From Tannerellaceae bacterium (GTDB taxonomy: Bacteria > Bacteroidota > Bacteroidia > Bacteroidales > CAMTPD01), in the NCBI GenBank assembly GCA_051656605.1, contig JBOGCF010000026.1, forward strand, positions 7,148 to 71,147: DNA of 64,000 nt, in the 5' to 3' direction. Shown here piece after piece: positions 17,636 to 26,565 of the stretch. Position numbers and translations under genes: made by a program. The number at the start of each line of letters is the position of its first letter. Within the stretch, counting starts at the first letter, position 1. Under the pieces are notes generated by a model, which made no database searches, was not told the DNA's origin, and was given only the letters and a program-made list of their open reading frames with translations.

Positions 17636-18865
17636 TCAGCCGCCCTTTTTGTTGGAACGTGCATCGGCACAACTCTTTTGAAAGGCAGGGTCGAACGGAT
17701 TGATCGCGCCGAAACGTTCGGGATCGAACGGTGCCGCGTTTACAAACGTTTCTTCGCCGGTAACGATTTCAGACAAGAGTCTGCCCATTCCTCCGCCTGC
17801 GGCAACTCCGCCACCGCAACAGCCCGAGGAGGTATAAAAGCCCTCCATGGATGAAACGCCACCTATGATGAAGTTGGCATCGGGTACGTAGCACGACGGA
17901 CCTGCCATGTAGTGCGCGATGCCCAGGTCGCGAAACTGCGGAAAGAAAGCCTCAAAGAGGGAAGCACTTTGCGAAAGCGTAGACCAGCCGTTGTCGGGAG
18001 TGAAGTCGACGTGCTCGATGTTTGTTTTCATCTCTTTGGGATCGTACGAAACGCATTCGGGTTCGCGGATGCCCACGATCAGTGCCCCAACATCGGGACG
18101 AGTAAAGGCGCGTGCGTCGGGCAATACGGCAAACGGCTGATTGGCCGGGAAAAGTGTCGGGTTTACTTCCGTGATCCAGAAGTGACTGCGCACAGGTGTG
18201 TGCGGCAAGCCGATGCCCAACGGGAAAGAAAGCAGGTTTGACCATGCTCCGGCAGCATCGATTACCACGGGCGCGTGTATTTCGTCGTTGTTGCTCAGGC
18301 GCACACCCGTAACGCGTTGGTTGCTGTGCAAGATGGTGCTTACGCCGGTACGTGTGCGAACAATCACGCCTCGTTTTTTTGCGGCTTTCGCATAGCCGTT
18401 GCAAAGAAGCGCCGCGTCGATGAATGCGTCTGTAGGCATCCAAACGGCTTCGCGCACCGATGTGTTGTCGATCCAAGGGAGCATCTCCTTCACGGCTTTC
18501 GGTCCCACTATTTCAGCTTCGATGCCAAAACGTTGCGCCGCCATGAGGGTGTCTTCCAGCCCTTTCTTGCTCGCTTCGCTTGCAGAGATGGTAAGGCTTC
18601 CTACTTGTTGCAGGTCGAGCGATTCGTTTAGTTCGCTTTGGATCTCTTCAATGCAATCGTAGGTTTCCTGCACCAGCTCCATCAGTCCCGGTTTGGTGCG
18701 GGCCCGGGTGAGCAGGCATGCGGCGCGACTGGTTGCTTGTGAGGCAATGTCGTTTTGTTCGCAAAGAACGATTTTACCCGCCTTGCGCTTGGCAAGCTGG
18801 TAAGCAGCGGAGGTTCCGAGGAGTCCTCCGCCTATGATAATGATATCTGCTGTTTGTGTTGCCAT
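17636..18865 (-). CDS. DAO-family FAD-dependent oxidoreductase (candidate amine/aminophosphonate dehydrogenase)
   Basis: 409 aa with an N-terminal DIIIIGGGLLGTSAAYQLAK Rossmann motif. The general layout resembles glycine/D-amino-acid oxidase or the sarcosine oxidase beta subunit. It starts 4 nt after the phnW stop. Confidence 0.75.
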   Translation of the reverse strand: MATQTADIIIIGGGLLGTSAAYQLAKRKAGKIVLCEQNDIASQATSRAACLLTRARTKPGLMELVQETYDCIEEIQSELNESLDLQQVGSLTISASEASKKGLEDTLMAAQRFGIEAEIVGPKAVKEMLPWIDNTSVREAVWMPTDAFIDAALLCNGYAKAAKKRGVIVRTRTGVSTILHSNQRVTGVRLSNNDEIHAPVVIDAAGAWSNLLSFPLGIGLPHTPVRSHFWITEVNPTLFPANQPFAVLPDARAFTRPDVGALIVGIREPECVSYDPKEMKTNIEHVDFTPDNGWSTLSQSASLFEAFFPQFRDLGIAHYMAGPSCYVPDANFIIGGVSSMEGFYTSSGCCGGGVAAGGGMGRLLSEIVTGEETFVNAAPFDPERFGAINPFDPAFQKSCADARSNKKGG

Positions 18866-18869
18866 GGAA

Positions 18870-19958
18870 TTATTCAGCTAAAACGGTTGCAACTGCTTGC
18901 GTGAGTGCTTCGAAGTCGCGTGGATGTACATCGCCAATGTTACCGATACGGAAGGTGTTTGCATCGGAAATCTTTCCCGGATAGATAACGAATCCGTGTT
19001 GTTTCAATTGCTCGTAGAATGTAGCAAAGCAGAAATCATCGTTCGGATACAGGAAAGAGGTGATGATTGGTGATTGCTTTTCGTCGCTGAGTAGGGTCGT
19101 ATAGCCCAGGGCTCTCATTCCTTTTACGAGGGTAGTGTGGCTGGTTTGGTAGCGGTTGTAGCGAGCTTCGATTCCGCCTTCTTCTTCCAGTTCTTTCAGT
19201 GCTTGGTGAAAAGCACGCACCACGTGGGTAGGAGAGGTGAAGCGCCACTTGCCTTTTCCTTTTTCCATTTCGTTCCATTGTGCGTACAGGTCTAGCGATA
19301 GTGATTTGGAAACACCCTTGCACGCTTCTAGTTTCTCTTTACGTGCAATTACAAAGCCGAAGCCGGGTACACCCTGAATACACTTGTTGGCACTGCTGAT
19401 CAAGAAATCAATGCCCAGCCCTTTTATGTCGATCGGAATTCCGCCAAAGCTGCTCATTGCGTCTACAATGTAAGTAAGGTTGTGCGCTTTGGCTACTTCT
19501 GCGATGGTTTCTATCGGGTTGATGATGCCGGTTGTGGTTTCGCAATGCACGACCGACAGGTGTGTAGTGCCCGGATATGCTTTAAGTGCTTCTTCAACTA
19601 CGGCAGGAGTCACTTGTTCGGTCTCGTGAAGTGAAACCAGGTTATAGTTGAGTCCCTGATACGTTGCTATTTCGGCCATGCGCGCACCATAGGCACCGTT
19701 GGCAACGATCAGCAGTTGGTCTTCCGGTTTCACGGCACAACCCAATGTTGCCTCTACTGCATACGTTCCGCTTCCTTGCAACAACACGGTGGTGTATTCA
19801 TGGTCAAGCCCGGCTGCCTTTAGCAAGCTTTCGCGTATTTCCGTCACGATACCGATGTTGTAGTCGTTGTCCCACGTGCACCAGTCTTGCAGCATGGCTT
19901 CTTTTACCGATTGAGAAGTTGTAAGCGGTCCGGGTGTAAGTAATAAATAGTTTCGCAT
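18870..19958 (-). CDS. phnW: 2-aminoethylphosphonate:pyruvate aminotransferase
   Basis: 362 aa class-V aminotransferase with the N-terminus [29 protein letters not shown], typical of PhnW. Adjacent to phnX. Confidence 0.88.
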   Translation of the reverse strand: MRNYLLLTPGPLTTSQSVKEAMLQDWCTWDNDYNIGIVTEIRESLLKAAGLDHEYTTVLLQGSGTYAVEATLGCAVKPEDQLLIVANGAYGARMAEIATYQGLNYNLVSLHETEQVTPAVVEEALKAYPGTTHLSVVHCETTTGIINPIETIAEVAKAHNLTYIVDAMSSFGGIPIDIKGLGIDFLISSANKCIQGVPGFGFVIARKEKLEACKGVSKSLSLDLYAQWNEMEKGKGKWRFTSPTHVVRAFHQALKELEEEGGIEARYNRYQTSHTTLVKGMRALGYTTLLSDEKQSPIITSFLYPNDDFCFATFYEQLKQHGFVIYPGKISDANTFRIGNIGDVHPRDFEALTQAVATVLAE

Positions 19959-19961
19959 GGC

Positions 19962-20777
19962 TTAGTTGTTTGAAGGGTTGATGTTGAGTCTATTATTGAT
20001 GGTCTCGATACATGCCGGTAGTTCTGCGATGGTGTCGATTACGAAGTGTGCGCCGGCTTTTAGCATGCGCGCTCTCACTTCTTCCTTGAGCGGAGTGAGT
20101 TCGTCGGCACTCATGTTGTTTACCTCCTCTTGGGTAAGACCTAATTCACTACTACCCAATACTAGTCCTACGGTCCACGTTTTTGCGTTTACCCCTTCCT
20201 TGATGTCTGCGATGGTATCTCCAACTTTTACAACCTTGTCTGTGCTGTCTACGTTTAGTGCAATCATGTTGTTGTAAATCATGAAAGGTGCAGGTCTGCC
20301 GGCTGGCATGCCTGAAGGAGTAATATAATGGTCTACGTTATATCCCTTTGCTGCTGCGCCCGGTACTACTACGTTCATCATCTCTTGGGTATAACCTGTA
20401 GTAGATCCGATCTTCATACCCTTTTCACGGAGCGACTGCAAGGTGTCGATCACGCCGTCGATTGGTGTAGTGTAGTCACTCAACGACTCGAAAAGGTATT
20501 TCTCGAAGCTTTTGTTCATGGCTACCACATCGTCCATGGTCCAGTCGCGGTTATACTTCGCCTTAAACTGCTCGTTGACCGAAGGCATGGATAGTATCGC
20601 CTTGATGTGATCGATTTTAAGTAGTCCCATCGGCTCGCGGGCCTGACGCGATGTAATGTGTATGCCGTATTCGCCTTCGAATACTTTAATAAATGCCTGA
20701 AGGGGTGCAAAACATCCGTAATCTACGGCCGTACCGGCCCAGTCCATAATAATACATGCTACATTTTTCATGTTCAA
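19962..20777 (-). CDS. phnX: Phosphonoacetaldehyde hydrolase (phosphonatase)
   Basis: HAD-fold protein with IIMDWAGTAVDYGCFAP and the Schiff-base lysine context MGLLKIDHI. Confidence 0.9.
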   Translation of the reverse strand: MNMKNVACIIMDWAGTAVDYGCFAPLQAFIKVFEGEYGIHITSRQAREPMGLLKIDHIKAILSMPSVNEQFKAKYNRDWTMDDVVAMNKSFEKYLFESLSDYTTPIDGVIDTLQSLREKGMKIGSTTGYTQEMMNVVVPGAAAKGYNVDHYITPSGMPAGRPAPFMIYNNMIALNVDSTDKVVKVGDTIADIKEGVNAKTWTVGLVLGSSELGLTQEEVNNMSADELTPLKEEVRARMLKAGAHFVIDTIAELPACIETINNRLNINPSNN

Positions 20778-20817
20778 AAGTCGTTTAGTAAGTAATTGAA
20801 TTTATTTTCTTGGATTG

Positions 20818-22131
20818 TTATTCGATAGAGTAAGCAGGAGTAAACGAAGGCACTCCGTTTTCTTTGCGGTGACGTTGCACAATGTACACGATCGAGAATG
20901 CAAAGGAGATGCAACAAACGATACCTACATAGCCTGCCAGGTTGTTGTAGAAAACCAACCAATCGATGTTGGGACTGCAAAATTCTTTTACAAGCAACAC
21001 GGCTACCGTTCCGGTGTATCCGATAAAATCGATCAGGGCGATAAAGAATCCTACGTTTCCTTTGATCTTGAAGCAAGCGATGAATCGGTCGAAAAAGATG
21101 GTTTGAAACGTAAGGTACGACGTGTACAAACACAGGCTTTGTACGAAGAGCCACGTGAGCGGCGAAAGCTCGAAGCGGCTGTGACCAAATGAGATCACCG
21201 TCATTACCACTGTTCCGATCATTACCATCACCAGTAGGGAGATAAGTGCTTTGAGGTTGTTCTTTACGAAGACCATGAGGCCGAACATTCCCAAGATTAT
21301 CAGCGTGACTACGCTGTCGAGCTGTGCAAAGATCCAGTCTGAGTACATGCTGGTATCGAAGATGTTGACTAAGAAGTCTTCCTTTATATCGCGCAGCACA
21401 ATCAGTAAGAGATTGGCGATGAAAAGCATGGTGAGTACGGGCATAAACTCAAGAAAGAGTTCTTTACGTGCCGACTTGTCGAGGGTTACTCGCTCTGTTT
21501 TCGTTTGTTTGTCGTGCGCGTCGGGATGTGGCAACTTGTTGAGCAAGTAGGCCAGAAGTGCAAGAATTGGTAGTGCAAACGCGCCGATAAAAGCCGGCAT
21601 CCAAAAGTCGCTGATGTGTAATGTATTGGTAACAAATAATCCGACCGACTTTGCCGTGCCCGACGCTACAACGATGCTGATCCCGAGCAGACTGGCAAGG
21701 ATGTCGGTAACGCGACGTCCTTCGATAAAACTGAAGATAACGCCCCACATGCAACCGAGCGACAAGCCGTTGAAAAACATGGCGGCAATGTTGTACGGCG
21801 CGGGGATGAGTCCGTAGGCTACAAGTGAGAGTTGCGCAGCCGTTACGGATGTAAGGATAAACTTAAAGCGGTTCTCCTTTTTTAGTTCCGATATTAATTT
21901 AATACCGATAAACTTAGCAATGAGATATCCGATAATTTGTGTGATGGTTACGATGGTCTTGTAATCGAAGCCAAGTATATCAAGTCCTGCGTAGGTCGAC
22001 GCAGTGTAGGGTTTGCGTAGTGCATAAACTAATGAGTAGGAGAGCAAGGCGGCGCCTCCGGCCCATAGTATAAAAAGGAGATCAGACATTCGTTTATTCG
22101 AATCGATCGTTTCGGTTGCTGTGTTGTTCAT
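20818..22131 (-). CDS. 12-TM MFS-like membrane transporter, putative AEP importer (possibly the DUF5690 family, from memory)
   Basis: 437 aa and highly hydrophobic with multiple predicted TM helices. It lies 40 nt upstream of phnX on the same strand. Confidence 0.6.
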   Translation of the reverse strand: MNNTATETIDSNKRMSDLLFILWAGGAALLSYSLVYALRKPYTASTYAGLDILGFDYKTIVTITQIIGYLIAKFIGIKLISELKKENRFKFILTSVTAAQLSLVAYGLIPAPYNIAAMFFNGLSLGCMWGVIFSFIEGRRVTDILASLLGISIVVASGTAKSVGLFVTNTLHISDFWMPAFIGAFALPILALLAYLLNKLPHPDAHDKQTKTERVTLDKSARKELFLEFMPVLTMLFIANLLLIVLRDIKEDFLVNIFDTSMYSDWIFAQLDSVVTLIILGMFGLMVFVKNNLKALISLLVMVMIGTVVMTVISFGHSRFELSPLTWLFVQSLCLYTSYLTFQTIFFDRFIACFKIKGNVGFFIALIDFIGYTGTVAVLLVKEFCSPNIDWLVFYNNLAGYVGIVCCISFAFSIVYIVQRHRKENGVPSFTPAYSIE

Positions 22132-22295
22132 ATATGTATTTTATTTCTATTTTCTTTGTTTCGACAGCAAAAGAATCGATTGTGTATTACAGGCTTGTTA
22201 CACGAGTGTGTCTGTTTTGTTTCCTGATAAGCAGGTGGTTAAGTTTAATAGTTCTGAAAGGTTTCTGTTATGGTTTTGTAACAAGGTGGGCGTGT

Positions 22296-22344
22296 AGAAA
22301 AAGAAATCCCTGCCGGTTAGCGATCGAATCTAACCGGCAGGGAT
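22296..22344 (-). terminator. Strong intrinsic terminator between porin paralog 2 and the transporter
   Basis: Perfect 15-bp stem ATCCCTGCCGGTTAG / CTAACCGGCAGGGAT with a 9-nt loop. On the minus strand it is followed by TTTCTTTTTC. Confidence 0.85.
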
Positions 22345-22367
22345 GTGTCGTATTTGTATTGTTGCTT

Positions 22368-23432
22368 TTAAATGATAGCGAAAAACCAACGGAAACCTGC
22401 AAGAATGCGGTTCTGATTGTTAGGGTTATAACCTGTGATTGCTTCGTTGTAGTGGGTGCGGCAAAACGCATACGCCAGGTGTACGTTTAGTTTGTCGCCT
22501 CCCAAGGGGTAATATTCCAATAATGTGGAAGCTGTATATTTATTGTAAATAGTGAGTGAATGATCTTTGTCGCGACGCTTGTCCCACATCCCTTTTACGC
22601 CGAATGCCCACCGGCGTTGTTTCCCCATAAAAAGTTTGTAGGAAACGATGGCCGTTTGGTCGTTTGCCATATACAGCGTGTTTTCATTCCACGAGGCCGG
22701 TTGGTAGTAGGCTCCGTTCATATAATCTACTTCGAGGGTCGATGATCCCAGTATCAGCTGATTGCCAACGGTGATCCATTGTGTCGTTTTGCCTTTGTCT
22801 ACGTTGGTAAGCATGTATCCGTAGCGGGTATTGAATGCGCCGTTGCAGAAAGAGCCTGCCCACATGGCGGCATAGTTGAAGGCGTAATCGTAGTCGGGCG
22901 CGGCAAACTGCGGAGCTCGTGCATCGGTGATTTGCAGGTTGAATTCCTGGTTGCGCACGGTGTACGCTGCTCGGATTCCGGTTTCGTATGCCTGAATCAG
23001 GTTGTTGGGTTGCGAGAAGAAGTAAAGCGTGGACGTGTTGTAGTTGTATTCGAATGTGCCGAGTTGCACGATTTGTTTCCCGGCCTCGATGCGCCAACGT
23101 TGCGTGGGACGGTAGATGAGCATGGCATAATCGGTGGCGGCAAGAAAGTTGTCTTTCGATACACTTCCCGACTTGTTGAGTCGCTGCCGTATGAGGTAGC
23201 CGAGTTGGGGCGAGAAGTCTCCTTCGAGAACGACGCGGAAAGTGGTTGCCTTGAATGCGGCATTGTTCTTTTCCCGGTTGTTGATACTGCCGTCGAAGTC
23301 GATACGTAAGTCAAGTTTGATGGCATGTTTCTCTTTGTTGAAAACAGAGTCGAGGCTAAAAGCTTGTGCCTTTTCGGTGATAAATAAAAATGAACACAGG
23401 GTTAGTAGTGTGTACGATAATGTGTGTTTCAT
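22368..23432 (-). CDS. Outer-membrane porin-like beta-barrel, paralog of 7182-8378
   Basis: Signal peptide MKHTLSYTLLTLCSFLFITEKAQA. Collinear similarity to the ansB-linked porin (RIDFDG..AAFKA..F+.VL.GD..P...YL+RQRLNK.G...KDNFLA.TD). Confidence 0.6.
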   Translation of the reverse strand: MKHTLSYTLLTLCSFLFITEKAQAFSLDSVFNKEKHAIKLDLRIDFDGSINNREKNNAAFKATTFRVVLEGDFSPQLGYLIRQRLNKSGSVSKDNFLAATDYAMLIYRPTQRWRIEAGKQIVQLGTFEYNYNTSTLYFFSQPNNLIQAYETGIRAAYTVRNQEFNLQITDARAPQFAAPDYDYAFNYAAMWAGSFCNGAFNTRYGYMLTNVDKGKTTQWITVGNQLILGSSTLEVDYMNGAYYQPASWNENTLYMANDQTAIVSYKLFMGKQRRWAFGVKGMWDKRRDKDHSLTIYNKYTASTLLEYYPLGGDKLNVHLAYAFCRTHYNEAITGYNPNNQNRILAGFRWFFAII

Positions 23433-23459
23433 GGAAAAATAGAGTTACTACAAATAAGA

Positions 23460-23489
23460 AGCCGCATTATCCAATGGAGTAATGCGGCT
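23460..23489 (-). terminator. Terminator after the FAD protein gene
   Basis: Perfect 10-bp stem AGCCGCATTA / TAATGCGGCT with a 10-nt loop. T-rich downstream on the minus strand. Confidence 0.7.
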
Positions 23490-23496
23490 GGGTATA

Positions 23497-25065
23497 TTAA
23501 GCGTTTGTTTTCGAGTACTGTTCCGTTATGCTTTCGGCACAACGTTCGCCGTCGATAGCGGCCGATACGATTCCGCCTGCATATCCGGCACCTTCACCAC
23601 ATGGGTAAAGTCCTTTGATGCGGATGTGTTGCAAGGTTTCTCTGTCGCGCAGGATACGAACAGGGGCAGAAGTGCGACTTTCCACGCCGATCATTACGGC
23701 TTCGTTGGTAAGGAAACCGTGCGACATTTTACCGAATTGCTTGAATCCGTCGCGCAGGCGCGATGTTACGAACTCCGGCATCCAGAAGTGAAGCGGAGAG
23801 GCAAGCAGACCCGGTGCATACGACGACTCGGGAAGATCAAATGAGTTCTTCTTGTTTACGAAGTCGACCATACGTTGTGCCGGTGCGGTTTGCTTCATGC
23901 CGCCGTTGAGCCAGCATAGTTCTTCGAGATGCTCTTGAAACTTCAATACGCAAAGCTCTTCGTGCTCGGCGTAGTCGGTAAGGTCTTCGGGACGCACTTC
24001 AACAACCATTCCTGAGTTTGCCCACTTTGATCCGCGGCGTGATGCCGACATTCCGTTCACAACTACTTGGCGCGGAGCGGTAGAAGCCGGAACGACTACA
24101 CCACCCGGACACATGCAGAATGAATAAACGCCGCGTCCGTTGGCTTGCGTTACAAAGCTGTATTCGGCAGCCGGAAGGTATTTTCCGCGACCATCTTTCG
24201 AGTGGTATTGGATCTGATCAATCAGCTCTTGCGGATGTTCGAGACGTACACCTACGGCAATTCCTTTGGCTTCGATCTCTACGCCTGCTTCTTTTAAGTA
24301 ATAATATACGTCGCGTGCCGAGTGACCGGTTGCGAGAATAACAGGGCCATTAAACGTGGTTCCGTTTTGTGTTTCGATACCGACAACTTCATCCTTCTCG
24401 AAGATCAACTTGTCCATACGTGTTTCGAAATGTACTTCTCCACCGCAACGGATGATGGTGTTGCGCATGTTTTCGATAATGCCCGGCAACTTGTCTGTTC
24501 CTACGTGCGGATGCGCGTCCATCAAGATTGAAGTGGAAGCGCCGTGTTGGCACAGGATATTCAAGATGCGGTCTACTGATCCGCGTTTTTTGCTACGGGT
24601 ATATAGTTTGCCGTCAGAGAACGCTCCGGCTCCACCTTCACCGAAACTGTAGTTCGACTCCGGGTCTACCAGGTGTTCGCGACTAATGCGTGCGATGTCT
24701 TTGCGACGGTCGTGTACGTTCTTTCCTCGTTCGATCACGATTGGGCGCATGTCTGCTTCGATCAAGCGGAGCGCGGCAAACAATCCGCCGGGACCCGCAC
24801 CTACTACGATTACGGCAGGCGCATTCGAAACATCTTTATAATCGATCGATGTATATTCTGCATCGGTAGGCAGTTCGTTGATGTATACACGAACTTTTAG
24901 ATTGATAAAGATGGTACGCTGACGTGCGTCGATAGAACGCTTCAGGATACGTACGGCTTTGATGTTTTTAGGAAGTATGTCGTGCTCTGTAGCAATGTAT
25001 TCTTTCAATTGCTGTTCTTGAGCGGCTATATGCGGTAATACGCGTAATTGAAACTCTTTTGTCAT
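23497..25065 (-). CDS. NAD(P)/FAD-dependent oxidoreductase (COG2509-like uncharacterised dehydrogenase)
   Basis: 522 aa with VIVVGAGPGGLFAALRL. The overall layout matches the conserved FAD-dependent protein family. Confidence 0.7.
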   Translation of the reverse strand: MTKEFQLRVLPHIAAQEQQLKEYIATEHDILPKNIKAVRILKRSIDARQRTIFINLKVRVYINELPTDAEYTSIDYKDVSNAPAVIVVGAGPGGLFAALRLIEADMRPIVIERGKNVHDRRKDIARISREHLVDPESNYSFGEGGAGAFSDGKLYTRSKKRGSVDRILNILCQHGASTSILMDAHPHVGTDKLPGIIENMRNTIIRCGGEVHFETRMDKLIFEKDEVVGIETQNGTTFNGPVILATGHSARDVYYYLKEAGVEIEAKGIAVGVRLEHPQELIDQIQYHSKDGRGKYLPAAEYSFVTQANGRGVYSFCMCPGGVVVPASTAPRQVVVNGMSASRRGSKWANSGMVVEVRPEDLTDYAEHEELCVLKFQEHLEELCWLNGGMKQTAPAQRMVDFVNKKNSFDLPESSYAPGLLASPLHFWMPEFVTSRLRDGFKQFGKMSHGFLTNEAVMIGVESRTSAPVRILRDRETLQHIRIKGLYPCGEGAGYAGGIVSAAIDGERCAESITEQYSKTNA

Positions 25066-25121
25066 CTTGTATATGTTCTGTATGCAAAGATACGATTTTC
25101 AAGGATGCTTCTTTCCCAAAA

Positions 25122-26489
25122 TTAGCTAAACAAAAAGCGAAAAGCTTCTTCTACTTTCCTAACGGTTACGATTTGTATATTCATTTTTGAGGTGTCGAAT
25201 CCTTTGAGGTTGTTGTGAGGGATGATGATCTTCTTAAAGCCTAACTTCTCGGCTTCAAGGATTCGTTGCTCGATTCGGTTTACCGGGCGGATCTCTCCCG
25301 ATAGTCCCACTTCTCCGGCCATACAGACTTGTCGATCGATGGCAATATCGAGGCTCGACGAAAGTACGGCACTGATTACGGCAAGGTCTATCGCGGGGTC
25401 ATTTACTTTGAGGCCTCCGGCAATGTTGAGGAAGACGTCTTTTTGAACAAGTTTGAAGCCGGCGCGCTTTTCGAGCACAGCCAGTAGCATGTTCATGCGT
25501 CTGCTGTCGAATCCGGTTGCCGAACGCTGCGGAGTTCCGTATACGGCCGTACTTACGAGTGCTTGTGTTTCGATGAGAAACGAGCGTACTCCTTCTATCG
25601 CTGCCGCAATGGCAACGCCGCTTAGGCCTTCGTGATTTTGGGTAAGCAGCAACTCCGACGGGTTACTTACCTGGCGCAGTCCGTTGCGTTGCATTTCGTA
25701 GATGCCGAGTTCGGCCGTACTACCAAAACGGTTTTTGATACTTCGCAAGATGCGGTACATGTAGTGCTGGTCGCCTTCAAACTGAAGTACGGTGTCTACA
25801 ATGTGCTCCAGTACTTTCGGTCCGGCGATGCTGCCTTCTTTATTAATGTGTCCGATGAGTAAAACCGGCGTGTTTGTTTCTTTTGCGTACTTAAGAATGA
25901 GGGCAGAGCTTTCGCGTACTTGCGCCACGCTACCCGGGGATGACTCTACCGTTTCGGTGAAAATGGTTTGAATCGAGTCTATAATTAATAAATCGGGATT
26001 GAGTTGTTTGGTGTGAGCAAATATCTGCTCGAGATTTGTTTCGCAAAGGATGTAGCAGTCGCTGGTTTCTTCGCTGAGGCGTTCGGCGCGTAGTTTTAGT
26101 TGTTTGTAGCTCTCTTCGCCCGAAACATAAAGGGTGTTGAACCCTTTCATTTGAAGTGCTGTTTGAAGAATCAGTGTTGATTTTCCGATTCCGGGTTCTC
26201 CGCCAATCAAGACCAAAGAGCCTTTAACGAGTCCTCCTCCCAATACGCGATTGAGTTCTTCGTCGCCCAAATTAATTCTGGTTTCTTCGCCGGAAGTGAT
26301 TTCTCTTAGCTTCTGAGGCTTTGCTTTTGGGGTGTCGAGTCCGGCAATGACACGTTTAGCAGATGTGTCTTTGGCCAAAACTTCTTCAACGTAAGTATTC
26401 CATTCTCCGCAAGCGGGACATTTGCCAATCCACTTAGGGGAGTCGGCTCCGCAATTGCTGCATACATAAACTGTTTTAGTCTTTGCCAT
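25122..26489 (-). CDS. radA: DNA repair protein RadA/Sms
   Basis: Zinc ribbon CSNCG...CPACGEW, Walker A GEPGIGKST, the KNRFG motif and a Lon-like C-terminal domain. Confidence 0.95.
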   Translation of the reverse strand: MAKTKTVYVCSNCGADSPKWIGKCPACGEWNTYVEEVLAKDTSAKRVIAGLDTPKAKPQKLREITSGEETRINLGDEELNRVLGGGLVKGSLVLIGGEPGIGKSTLILQTALQMKGFNTLYVSGEESYKQLKLRAERLSEETSDCYILCETNLEQIFAHTKQLNPDLLIIDSIQTIFTETVESSPGSVAQVRESSALILKYAKETNTPVLLIGHINKEGSIAGPKVLEHIVDTVLQFEGDQHYMYRILRSIKNRFGSTAELGIYEMQRNGLRQVSNPSELLLTQNHEGLSGVAIAAAIEGVRSFLIETQALVSTAVYGTPQRSATGFDSRRMNMLLAVLEKRAGFKLVQKDVFLNIAGGLKVNDPAIDLAVISAVLSSSLDIAIDRQVCMAGEVGLSGEIRPVNRIEQRILEAEKLGFKKIIIPHNNLKGFDTSKMNIQIVTVRKVEEAFRFLFS

Positions 26490-26565
26490 CTATTTAAATT
26501 TGATGTAAAAATAGGAATTATTTGGTGTATCAGCATGTTTATTAACAAGCATTTAGTTTATATTT

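Noticed and set aside
15701-18662. Many long ORFs antisense to or overlapping etfA, etfB and the DAO gene (e.g. 15880-16494, 16889-17497, 16983-17681, 17952-18476)
   Set aside because: They are Arg/Ala/Ser/Cys-rich, low-complexity shadow frames of GC-rich genes. The sense-strand proteins carry clear ETF and Rossmann motifs.
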